64,000 nucleotides of DNA from an uncultured Anaerolineales bacterium (GTDB taxonomy: Bacteria; Chloroflexota; Anaerolineae; B4-G1). Under the pieces are notes generated by a model. That model did no database searches. It saw only the letters and a list, made by a program, of their open reading frames with translations, and was not told where the DNA came from. A program made the position numbers and the translations under genes. The DNA is taken from the NCBI GenBank assembly GCA_964474655.1, contig CAYYTU010000008.1:10732-74731 (forward strand). The letters are read 5' to 3'. Positions 40,385 through 48,194 of this stretch are shown here, one piece after another; position 1 is the first letter of the stretch, and each line of letters begins with the position of its first letter.

Positions 40385-40954
40385 TCAAATCTCGACCGCT
40401 TCGCACTTGAACGTCTTGAGCTGGTCCGCCTCCTCGCGCAACTGCTCGACCAGCCTTGGCACGCGCTCGGCGGCGTCCTGGGCCCCCAGCGCCTGCAGAC
40501 GCACCAGCTCGGTCATCACGCCGTCGATCTCGTTCGCCAGGCCCACCAGCTGCGCCTCGACGCGATCCAGCTGCGTCGAGACCGCCTCCAGCTTGGCGAT
40601 GCGCCGCTGGAGCGCCTCGCGCGATTCCTCCCTCATACTCCCGTCGGGTGAGTTCGTCATCGGTGCGGGCGATGGTCTGCTCCAGTTGCTGCAGATCGCC
40701 GGCCAGGTCCGATTGCGATTGCGTGACCAGCCGATAGTTCTCCAGCGTCGTCATCCGCTGGCAGAGCGCGTAGGCCTGGTCGACCAGCCGGTCGATCTCG
40801 TCGCGCACCGGCTGGAGCGCCCGACGCACCGGCGGCGGCGCCGACGACAGGCTGTTGAAGAGGCTGACCTGCGAGCGCTCCAGGCGGTCGAAATGCTTCT
40901 GGAACCGCTGGGCCATTCGATGACGTCGAGCACGCCGCGGACTTTGTTGAGCAT
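40385..40954 (-). pseudogene. Fragmented coiled-coil protein gene
   Basis: AQRFQKHFDRLERSQ...TRREYE (one frame) continues as ESREALQRRIAKLE...AVEI in another frame at about 40630. The SD-preceded ATG 40954 is out of frame with the body. Confidence 0.6.
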
Positions 40955-41905
40955 ATCGTATCTCCTCTTGGTAACCTTGGTAGCGGTCTCATCTTCGGCG
41001 TGGATCTCCAGGCGCCGGTAGCTTGCTTTCTCGACGACGCGCTCGTCGCCGACCAGCGGCGGGATCGGCGCCGGAGGCGATAAGAGATCGGGCAGGGGCA
41101 CCGCTGGCTCATCCTGTAAGCCGCGATCCGTGACCTCGAAGCGCACCCGCGACGTCAGATCCAGCGAAAGCGGCGTCACCGATACCACCCGGTCCACCAC
41201 AATCGCCCGCACGTCCGAATCCATTTCTGCCTGACGGGGATCCTCGATCATCTTGTAGCCGGGACGCCCCTCGCCGTTGTCGCGATCCGGCGGCAGCGGG
41301 ATGAAGTAGCGCCGCCGCGAGAGCCGCGTGAGCCGCCAGGGCGTCTGCAGCTTGGCGGCGTCCGGGATGTTGACGTTGATCACGTCGACGTCGTGAGGCA
41401 TAGCGTGCGTCAGCAGGTGTTGCGCGAGCCAGCGCACGAAGGCCCGCGAGGCCGTGTAGTCGACGCCATCCTTGCCCCTCAGATGATGCTCCGCGTCCAT
41501 CTCCAGCGAGACCGCCATCGCCGGGATGCCGAAGGCGCTCGCCTCCAGCGCGGCGCCCACCGTGCCGGAGATCGTCACCTCGATGCCCAGGTTCGCGCCG
41601 AAGTTGACGCCGGAGATTGCCAGCGCCGGTGTGCGCGGCGCCAGCTCCACCACGCCGTGATCGACCGCCAGCGCCGGGCTTGCATCGACCGCGTAGGCGG
41701 CGACCTCCTGGCCATTGACCTCGCGATGGGCCGGGCGGATGCGCCCCGATACGTCGCGGGGCATAGAGCGTCCTCCGCCGGACCACTGGCGATCCGGCGC
41801 CACGACCAGCACCTCTCCTAAAGGCAAGACGGCCTCCACGACGGCCCACAGGCCGCTGGAGTCGATACCATCGTCATTTGTGACCAAGATAAGTGGTTGC
41901 TCCAT
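40751..41905 (-). CDS. surE: 5'/3'-nucleotidase SurE with an abnormally long C-terminus
   Basis: LVTNDDG, APDRQWSG, SGVNFGAN, SGTVGAA, INVNIP, SVTPL. Confidence 0.9.
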   Translation of the reverse strand: MEQPLILVTNDDGIDSSGLWAVVEAVLPLGEVLVVAPDRQWSGGGRSMPRDVSGRIRPAHREVNGQEVAAYAVDASPALAVDHGVVELAPRTPALAISGVNFGANLGIEVTISGTVGAALEASAFGIPAMAVSLEMDAEHHLRGKDGVDYTASRAFVRWLAQHLLTHAMPHDVDVINVNIPDAAKLQTPWRLTRLSRRRYFIPLPPDRDNGEGRPGYKMIEDPRQAEMDSDVRAIVVDRVVSVTPLSLDLTSRVRFEVTDRGLQDEPAVPLPDLLSPPAPIPPLVGDERVVEKASYRRLEIHAEDETATKVTKRRYDMLNKVRGVLDVIEWPSGSRSISTAWSARRSASSTACRRRRRRCVGRSSRCATRSTGWSTRPTRSASG

Positions 41906-41920
41906 CGCTCTCCTTTGCGG

Positions 41921-42805
41921 CTACTGCGCCGGCACCCAGCCCTCGTCGACCACCATCTGCTGGCCTTCCTCGCTCAACGCGAAGTCGATGAAGTCCTGGG
42001 CCATAGGTTGGCTCAACGGCCCGGTCATAAACAGCAGCGGGCGCACCACCGGGTAGGATCCATCCTGGGCCGTCTCCTCGGACGGCGTCACCCCGTCGAT
42101 GGTGATGAGCTTGATGTCCATCTCGAAGTGCCCGAAGCCGATGTAGCCGATGGCGTTGTCGTTTTCGGCCACCATCGCGGCCACGTCGCTGGCGGCGACA
42201 GCCGTCTGCAGGTTGGGGGCGGCCGGGTCCTGCTTATCCAGCACGATCTTATCGAATGCGCCGCGCGTGCCGGAGTTCTTCCCACGCACCACGACCATAA
42301 TCGGTTGATCGGGCCCGCCGACCTCGCTCCAGTTGGTGATCCGCCCCAGGTAGATGTCGCGGAGCTCCGTCAGCGCCAGATCCTCCACCGGGTTGGAGCC
42401 GTTCACCACCATCGCGATGACGTCGGCGGCGACCTGGTGCTGGGTGATGCCCTCGGCCTCCTCGTCGGTCAGTGCCCGTGAGGCCATGCCGATATCGACC
42501 GTGCCGTCGTGGATCGCCTCAATGCCGACGACGCTCCCGCCGGCCGCGATGTCCAGCGTCACATCGGGATGTCGCTCCTGGAACACCTCGCCCAGCTGAT
42601 GGGCCAGCGGCTGGAGCGTGGTGCTGCCGGCGAACGTGATCTCGCCGGCGATGTCCGTCGGGGTCGGCTCCGGCGTCGGCGTCGATCCGCCGCAGCCGGC
42701 GACCAGCCCCGCGATCAGACCGGCGAGCGCCAGGTTCAGCAGCGTGCGTAGCCAGGAAGCCGATGAACCGCTTGCGGATACGTTAGATCGCCACGTCGTT
42801 ACCAT
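41921..42805 (-). CDS. pstS: PstS-family phosphate-binding lipoprotein (single domain)
   Basis: Lipobox VAGC, AGSTTLQPL, GGSVVG, DIGMASR, SGTRGAF, YPVVRPL. Confidence 0.85.
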   Translation of the reverse strand: MVTTWRSNVSASGSSASWLRTLLNLALAGLIAGLVAGCGGSTPTPEPTPTDIAGEITFAGSTTLQPLAHQLGEVFQERHPDVTLDIAAGGSVVGIEAIHDGTVDIGMASRALTDEEAEGITQHQVAADVIAMVVNGSNPVEDLALTELRDIYLGRITNWSEVGGPDQPIMVVVRGKNSGTRGAFDKIVLDKQDPAAPNLQTAVAASDVAAMVAENDNAIGYIGFGHFEMDIKLITIDGVTPSEETAQDGSYPVVRPLLFMTGPLSQPMAQDFIDFALSEEGQQMVVDEGWVPAQ

Positions 42806-42855
42806 CGTATGACTCCTCCTTGCGTCTACCTTGACAATGGCATCCTTACCAAACC

Positions 42856-42953
42856 AGACTTCCGAAGTCTAGAAAGTGGTCTGGAAACACGTGAAAAGTC
42901 GGCTTTCATAAGGATCAACCGATAAAAAAGCCTGTTGAAGACTTCGGAAGCCT
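42856..42953. repeat. REP-like inverted repeat pair
   Basis: AGACTTCCGAAGTCT (42856-42870) and AGACTTCGGAAGCCT (42939-42953) are reverse complements with 1 mismatch. Confidence 0.6.
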
Positions 42954-42977
42954 AATGTGCCATTGCCAAACTACTTA

Positions 42978-45356
42978 TCAGGCCACAATGGGTGCGTTTA
43001 TCTGATCGTCGTTCCCAAACATCTCTAAATCGATCTCCTCGGCCACCACGGCCTCTTCAACTCCTTCAGCGCCTGGTCGATTGATAGGCAGCACAAACGT
43101 AAACGTAGACCCGCGATCGACCTCGCTTTCGGCCCAGATTCTCCCACCGTGGAGTTCGACCAGCTTCTTGGTGATCGGCAGCCCCAGCCCGGCGCCCTCA
43201 AAATCGCGACTGCTGGAATTATCGACCTGCGTGAATTCCTTGAAGATGTGCACCAGCTCATCCTCGGGGATGCCGACGCCGGTATCGCTGACGCTTATCT
43301 CCACCCCGGGCTCCACGCGCTCCGTGTTGGTGTTGAGCGCCTCCACCACCCGCGCTCGCACCAGGATGCGCCCGGCCTCCGTGAACTTGGCGGCGTTGGA
43401 GAGCAGATTGAGCAGCACCTGTCGCACCCGCCGCTTGTCGGCGCGGATCATAGGCAGCTTCGAGGGGACGTCCATCTGAAGCTCGACCGGCTTCTCCTCG
43501 ATCATTGGCTTCACCGCCTCCACCGCGCCCTCGACGATCGCCGGCAGCTCGACGTCCTCCACATCGAGTCGCATCTTGCCGGCGTTGATCTGCGAGATGT
43601 CCAGGATGTCCTCGATCAGCGCCAGCAGGTGCTGTCCCGATTCGTAGATGAAGCCCAGGTCCTGCTCCTGCTTGTCGGTGAGCGGCCCATCGAGGCCGTT
43701 GAGCAACACCTTCGAGAAGCCGATGATCGTGTTCAACGGCGTGCGCAGCTCGTGGCTCATCACAGCCAGGAACTGCGTCTTGAGCCGGTCGACCTCGGCC
43801 AGGTGCTCGGCCGTGCGTCGCTGCTGGTCGTATAGCCGCGCGTTGTGCACGCCGGTCGCGAGCTGATCCGCCAGGGTGTTGAGTAGCTTCACCGTGTCGG
43901 GGTCGAAGGCTTCGGGCTGGCAGCATTGCACGTCGATCGCGCCGATCGTCGCCCCGCCGACCAGGAGCGGGATCGCGGCCGCCGAGGTCGTGTCCATCAG
44001 CAGCGGCGGCTTGAGGTGCGTCGATGCCGTCCGCGCATTCTGAACGACCTGCGGCTCGCCGGTCGCCGCGGCGATCCCCACCGGCGACTTCGAGCCCAGC
44101 GGGATGCGAAGCCCGCGCTGCGTGAGCTCCTGACCCGCCTCGCCGACGGCTTGCTGTAAAACGGCCACATCGGATCCGGGCTCGATCAGGAAAACGCCCA
44201 CGTGGCAGGCCTCCAGGCGCTGCTGTATTTTCTCCATAGAGCGCTTCAGGATCACGTCCATCTCCAGGCTGGACGAGACCGCCTCGGCGACCGCGGCCGT
44301 AGTCACCAGCTCGCGTGTCCGGGTTTCGATCTTGGCCTCCAGGTTGGCGTACAGATCCTGCAGATCGGTCACCATCCGGTTGAACGCCCGCACCAGCAGG
44401 CCGACCTCGTCCTTCGCGTCGACGGCAGCGGGCAGCTCGACCTCCTTCAGATCGCCCTGAGCCACGTCCTCGGCCGCCGTCGAAAGCCGGTGAATGGGCC
44501 GGGCAATGGAGCGGATGATGACCACGTTCAGGCTGCTCAGTAGCAGCGTGGTCAGCAGCGTGCTGCCCACCATCACGAGCAGCCCCGTGTTCGTGATCTG
44601 CTTGATGTCCGTGGTCGGGCGCACCAACAGCAGCTCCGTCGGCGTCGCGCCCAGGTTCACGGACAAGGCCTGCCGGTAATGCCCCTCGCCCCAGCGACCG
44701 GCGGCGTCAAACGGCAGCCCTTCCCGCGTCTCGACGTGGGCGCCGCGAATGCTCAGGCCCAGATCGGTGGAGAGCTGATACTGCGACAGGATCTGTCGCA
44801 GCTCCGTCTCCAGGTCTGTGCCGATGACCACGGTCCCGGCGCCGTCGGGCATCGCCGCGCGCCGCAATAACAGCAGCCGGTCGTCGACGGCCCGCACGAT
44901 CGGGCGTCCCACCTCCGCCAGATTGAGCATCGACGATTCGTGGTAGAGACTGGAGAGCATCAGGTTGGTGCGCGCGACGCCTCGGTCGTCGTAAATCTGG
45001 ATCACGGAGAGACCGAAGCGATCGCGCACTACCACGGCCCGATTGTTGAGGGTGCTCAGCGTGGTCTCGGTCTCTTGCTGCACCGCGTCGATGACCTGGG
45101 GGTCGTTCGCCAGGAGCGTTGCTGCGGTATCGACGTTGTCCACGCGCTGGCGCAGCGCCTGGACGACGCGATCCGCCTCGGCCGCCATCTGCTGATTCAA
45201 CAAGTGGTTCCGCGTGAGCGCCGTCCCGCCCAAGAAAGCCAGTGTGCTGCCCAGCAGCGAAAGCAGCATCAGCCCGATGCTGGGCACGAGTAGCTTGGCA
45301 CTCAATGAGTGAATGTTCCAGCGGCGATAGAGGCGCCGCAAGAGTGAATAAAGCAT
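42978..45356 (-). CDS. Membrane sensor histidine kinase (TM-sensor-TM-HAMP-GAF-HisKA-HATPase)
   Basis: HAMP ARPIHRL...DEVGLL, GAF, MSHELRTPL, NLLSNAAKFT, DTGVGI, GAGLGL. Confidence 0.93.
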   Translation of the reverse strand: MLYSLLRRLYRRWNIHSLSAKLLVPSIGLMLLSLLGSTLAFLGGTALTRNHLLNQQMAAEADRVVQALRQRVDNVDTAATLLANDPQVIDAVQQETETTLSTLNNRAVVVRDRFGLSVIQIYDDRGVARTNLMLSSLYHESSMLNLAEVGRPIVRAVDDRLLLLRRAAMPDGAGTVVIGTDLETELRQILSQYQLSTDLGLSIRGAHVETREGLPFDAAGRWGEGHYRQALSVNLGATPTELLLVRPTTDIKQITNTGLLVMVGSTLLTTLLLSSLNVVIIRSIARPIHRLSTAAEDVAQGDLKEVELPAAVDAKDEVGLLVRAFNRMVTDLQDLYANLEAKIETRTRELVTTAAVAEAVSSSLEMDVILKRSMEKIQQRLEACHVGVFLIEPGSDVAVLQQAVGEAGQELTQRGLRIPLGSKSPVGIAAATGEPQVVQNARTASTHLKPPLLMDTTSAAAIPLLVGGATIGAIDVQCCQPEAFDPDTVKLLNTLADQLATGVHNARLYDQQRRTAEHLAEVDRLKTQFLAVMSHELRTPLNTIIGFSKVLLNGLDGPLTDKQEQDLGFIYESGQHLLALIEDILDISQINAGKMRLDVEDVELPAIVEGAVEAVKPMIEEKPVELQMDVPSKLPMIRADKRRVRQVLLNLLSNAAKFTEAGRILVRARVVEALNTNTERVEPGVEISVSDTGVGIPEDELVHIFKEFTQVDNSSSRDFEGAGLGLPITKKLVELHGGRIWAESEVDRGSTFTFVLPINRPGAEGVEEAVVAEEIDLEMFGNDDQINAPIVA

Positions 45357-45375
45357 ACAACGAACTCCCGTGATG

Positions 45376-46020
45376 TTATCCCGCCCGCATCAACAACGTT
45401 GCCATACAGAAGACAGTGCATCCCACCAATGCTCCGGCGATGGTCTGGAGCCATGTGTGTCGTTGTAATCGCACGCGCGACCAGGTAATTAGAGGCACGC
45501 CCAGGAATAAGGGCCACAGCGCGCCGAAGAGCCCGCCGATCATCGTCGCAGCTCCTGCTGCGGTCGCAGCGTGTACGCTAATCTTCCAGCGCCAGGTGAT
45601 GACCAGAATCGCCAGGGCCTGCAGCCACAAGGCCGCCGCCAGAATAATCAGCGCGGCAGGCGCTTGACCCAGCACCAATATCAGCCAGGCTATCCCCAGA
45701 CATGCCATAGTCACGATCAGAGGGGTTATGCGCTGTTCGCGGATCTGGACGTCCAGGTCCGTGATGGCCCCGCGTTTGACCAGCCAGGCGATATAGAGCA
45801 GCGGTATCAGCACGGCGACCAGCACGAAGGCGCCGACCCAGCCCCATGCGCCGGGCTCGGGCAGCGTCGAGGCGGTCAGACCCATCATCAGCGCCGTCAG
45901 CACCGGCGGACTGCCGGCGTTGGAGATCGCTCGGGCCAGCCGGCCGTCCCACCGCTTGGCCCTATGATCAAGGGTCGCCATCGATAGATCGGCGCCGGGG
46001 TTTTCCTCTATGATCGTCAT
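45376..46020 (-). CDS. PAP2-like membrane phosphoesterase family protein
   Basis: Multi-TM; WKISVHA and WSRVRLQRHTWLQTIAG match PAP2 C2/C3-like motifs. Confidence 0.7.
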   Translation of the reverse strand: MTIIEENPGADLSMATLDHRAKRWDGRLARAISNAGSPPVLTALMMGLTASTLPEPGAWGWVGAFVLVAVLIPLLYIAWLVKRGAITDLDVQIREQRITPLIVTMACLGIAWLILVLGQAPAALIILAAALWLQALAILVITWRWKISVHAATAAGAATMIGGLFGALWPLFLGVPLITWSRVRLQRHTWLQTIAGALVGCTVFCMATLLMRAG

Positions 46021-46144
46021 ACGTCCCTCCTTGGTGCTGCTGACATATTCAGACCTGCTACGGGCTATGATCTTTTCTTTCGCTCCCTATATTTTATAAA
46101 CTACTACTGATTCGAATCATCCTCGTCTCTAGTATAAGGAGTGG

Positions 46145-46199
46145 CCATTAAGCCCTGTTTAACACCCTGTTAATGGAGCGTGAAAGTTGGTTTAACCCG
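46145..46199 (-). promoter_or_regulatory. Pho-box-like 11-bp periodic array
   Basis: Minus-strand hexamers TTAAAC, TTCACG, TTAACA, TTAAAC, TTAATG at exact 11-bp spacing, 8 nt upstream of a TATACT -10 box. Confidence 0.65.
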
Positions 46200-46216
46200 T
46201 TCCCCTACATGCGTAA

Positions 46217-46246
46217 AGGGGCGACATGCGTAAGCATATCGCCCCT
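46217..46246. terminator. Hairpin downstream of the double pstS (terminator or REP)
   Basis: AGGGGCGA-CATGCGTAAGCATA-TCGCCCCT. Confidence 0.55.
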
Positions 46247-46272
46247 CAAACCCGGAGTCAAGTAGGAGGAGA

Positions 46273-47943
46273 TTACTCGACCGGGATGTAATCCTCGGCT
46301 ACGATCTCTTGGCCTTCCTCGCTGAAGATGAAGTCGAGGAATTCTTTTGCCAGCCCGGTCGGTTCGCCCTTGGTGATCATATTGAGCGGGCGCACCACCG
46401 GGTACTCGCCGCTGAGAGCGTTCTCCACCGTGGCATCCACGCCGTCGACGGCCAGCGCCTTGACGCTCTCGTCCAGGTAGCCGAAGGAGAGGTACCCGAC
46501 GGAGAAAGGTGTGCTGGCAACGGTAGTCTTGACCGCGCCGTTGGAGGGTTGCAGTAGAACTGTATCGGCGATGAGGGAATCGCCCATCACCATATCCTCG
46601 AATGCGCCGCGCGTGCCGGAGCCTTCCTCGCGGCTGACGACGACGATGTTCTCGTCGGGGCCGCCGAGCTCGCTCCAGTTGGTGATCTCACCGGCGAAGA
46701 CCTGGCGCACCTCGTCCGTGCTTATGCCGTCGACGGGCACGTCGGGGTGGGCGGCGATGGCGATGCCGTCGCGGGCGATGGCGTGCGCGATCAGGTCGGG
46801 GAACTCCTCCATCTCAGAGTCCTTGAGGGCGCGGGATGCATTGCCGATGGGCGTGGTGCCCTCGGCCGCCGATTTGACGCCCACGCTGGAGCCGCCGCCC
46901 TGCACGTCGATCTGCACGTCGGGGTTCTGCGCCATGAACTTCTCGGCCAGCGCCTGTGCCAGCGGCTGCACCGTCGAGGAGCCGGCGATCTGTAGTTCAC
47001 CGGACATCTCAGCGGCCTCTTCTTCACCGCCGCCGCCCGAAACCGGGATGTAATCCTCGGCTACGATCTCTTGGCCTTCCTCGCTGAAGATGAAGTCGAG
47101 GAATTCTTTTGCCAGCCCGGTCGGTTCGCCCTTGGTGATCATATTGAGCGGGCGCACCACCGGGTACTCGCCGCTGAGAGCGTTCTCCACCGTGGCATCC
47201 ACGCCGTCGACGGCCAGCGCCTTGACGCTCTCGTCCAGGTAGCCGAAGGAGAGGTACCCGACGGAGAAAGGTGTGCTGGCAACGGTAGTCTTGACCGCGC
47301 CGTTGGAGGGTTGCAGTAGAACTGTATCGGCGATGAGGGAATCGCCCATCACCATATCCTCGAATGCGCCGCGCGTGCCGGAGCCTTCCTCGCGGCTGAC
47401 GACGACGATGTTCTCGTCGGGGCCGCCGAGCTCGCTCCAGTTGGTGATCTCACCGGCGAAGACCTGGCGCACCTCGTCCGTGCTTATGCCGTCGACGGGC
47501 ACGTCGGGGTGGGCGGCGATGGCGATGCCGTCGCGGGCGATGGCGTGCGCGATCAGGTCGGGGAACTCCTCCATCTCAGAGTCCTTGAGGGCGCGGGATG
47601 CATTGCCGATGGGCGTGGTGCCCTCGGCCGCCGATTTGACGCCCACGCTGGAGCCGCCGCCCTGCACGTCGATCTGCACGTCGGGGTTCTGCGCCATGAA
47701 CTTCTCGGCCAGCGCCTGTGCCAGCGGCTGCACCGTCGAGGAGCCGGCGATCTGTAACTGTTTTTCGGATGAGGCTTCTGATTCTTCTACCGATTCTTCT
47801 TCTGTCTCTTCCTCCACTTCCGTTGTGGGTTCTACCGTCGGGGCCGACGATTGACAACCCACAGCCAGGGCTAGCAAGGACATAATCATCAACCCGGCCA
47901 ATACGAGATTGAGCGATTTGTTTCGAATAGACATATTTCTCAT
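46273..47943 (-). CDS. pstS: PstS phosphate-binding lipoprotein with two tandem domains
   Basis: Lipobox LAVGC, acidic linker, two copies of QIAGSSTVQPL...GGGSSVG...GSGTRGAF...YPVVRPL...DYIPV. Confidence 0.93.
   Translation of the reverse strand: MRNMSIRNKSLNLVLAGLMIMSLLALAVGCQSSAPTVEPTTEVEEETEEESVEESEASSEKQLQIAGSSTVQPLAQALAEKFMAQNPDVQIDVQGGGSSVGVKSAAEGTTPIGNASRALKDSEMEEFPDLIAHAIARDGIAIAAHPDVPVDGISTDEVRQVFAGEITNWSELGGPDENIVVVSREEGSGTRGAFEDMVMGDSLIADTVLLQPSNGAVKTTVASTPFSVGYLSFGYLDESVKALAVDGVDATVENALSGEYPVVRPLNMITKGEPTGLAKEFLDFIFSEEGQEIVAEDYIPVSGGGGEEEAAEMSGELQIAGSSTVQPLAQALAEKFMAQNPDVQIDVQGGGSSVGVKSAAEGTTPIGNASRALKDSEMEEFPDLIAHAIARDGIAIAAHPDVPVDGISTDEVRQVFAGEITNWSELGGPDENIVVVSREEGSGTRGAFEDMVMGDSLIADTVLLQPSNGAVKTTVASTPFSVGYLSFGYLDESVKALAVDGVDATVENALSGEYPVVRPLNMITKGEPTGLAKEFLDFIFSEEGQEIVAEDYIPVE
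46280..47756. repeat. 715-bp direct repeat (46280-46994 and 47042-47756) with a 47-bp unique spacer
   Basis: No differences found in a by-eye comparison; shadow ORFs in the ORF track are identical at a 762-bp offset. Confidence 0.95.
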
Positions 47944-48128
47944 TTTCTCCCTTTCTTGTCTTGGTGCGATTTTCACGTGTATGAGGCTTTTCCTCTCTCC
48001 TGGCGGGCAGCACGCTCGCCAGTATTAGGCCAAACGTCTACCAGGAGCAACGTGTCAGGGGCTTCCGGATATCTCAGTCAGTTCCAATGGGGCCTATTGC
48101 TCCTGCGACGGTGATTAATCTATCACAG

Positions 48129-48194
48129 GTAGCTTAAGAGGATGTTGGGAGATGTTTAAGGGGTAGCTAGTGGTCTGTTAAGAGGGAGTTAAGG
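48129..48194 (-). promoter_or_regulatory. Pho-box-like array of six 11-bp units upstream of pstS
   Basis: Minus-strand hexamers TTAACT, TTAACA, CTAGCT, TTAAAC, CCAACA, TTAAGC at 11-bp spacing, followed by TG-A-TAGATT extended -10. Confidence 0.7.

Noticed and set aside
40137-40630. C-terminal half of track ORF 40137-40916 as a real protein
   Set aside because: It is out-of-frame read-through after the frameshift and runs antisense into rnpB.
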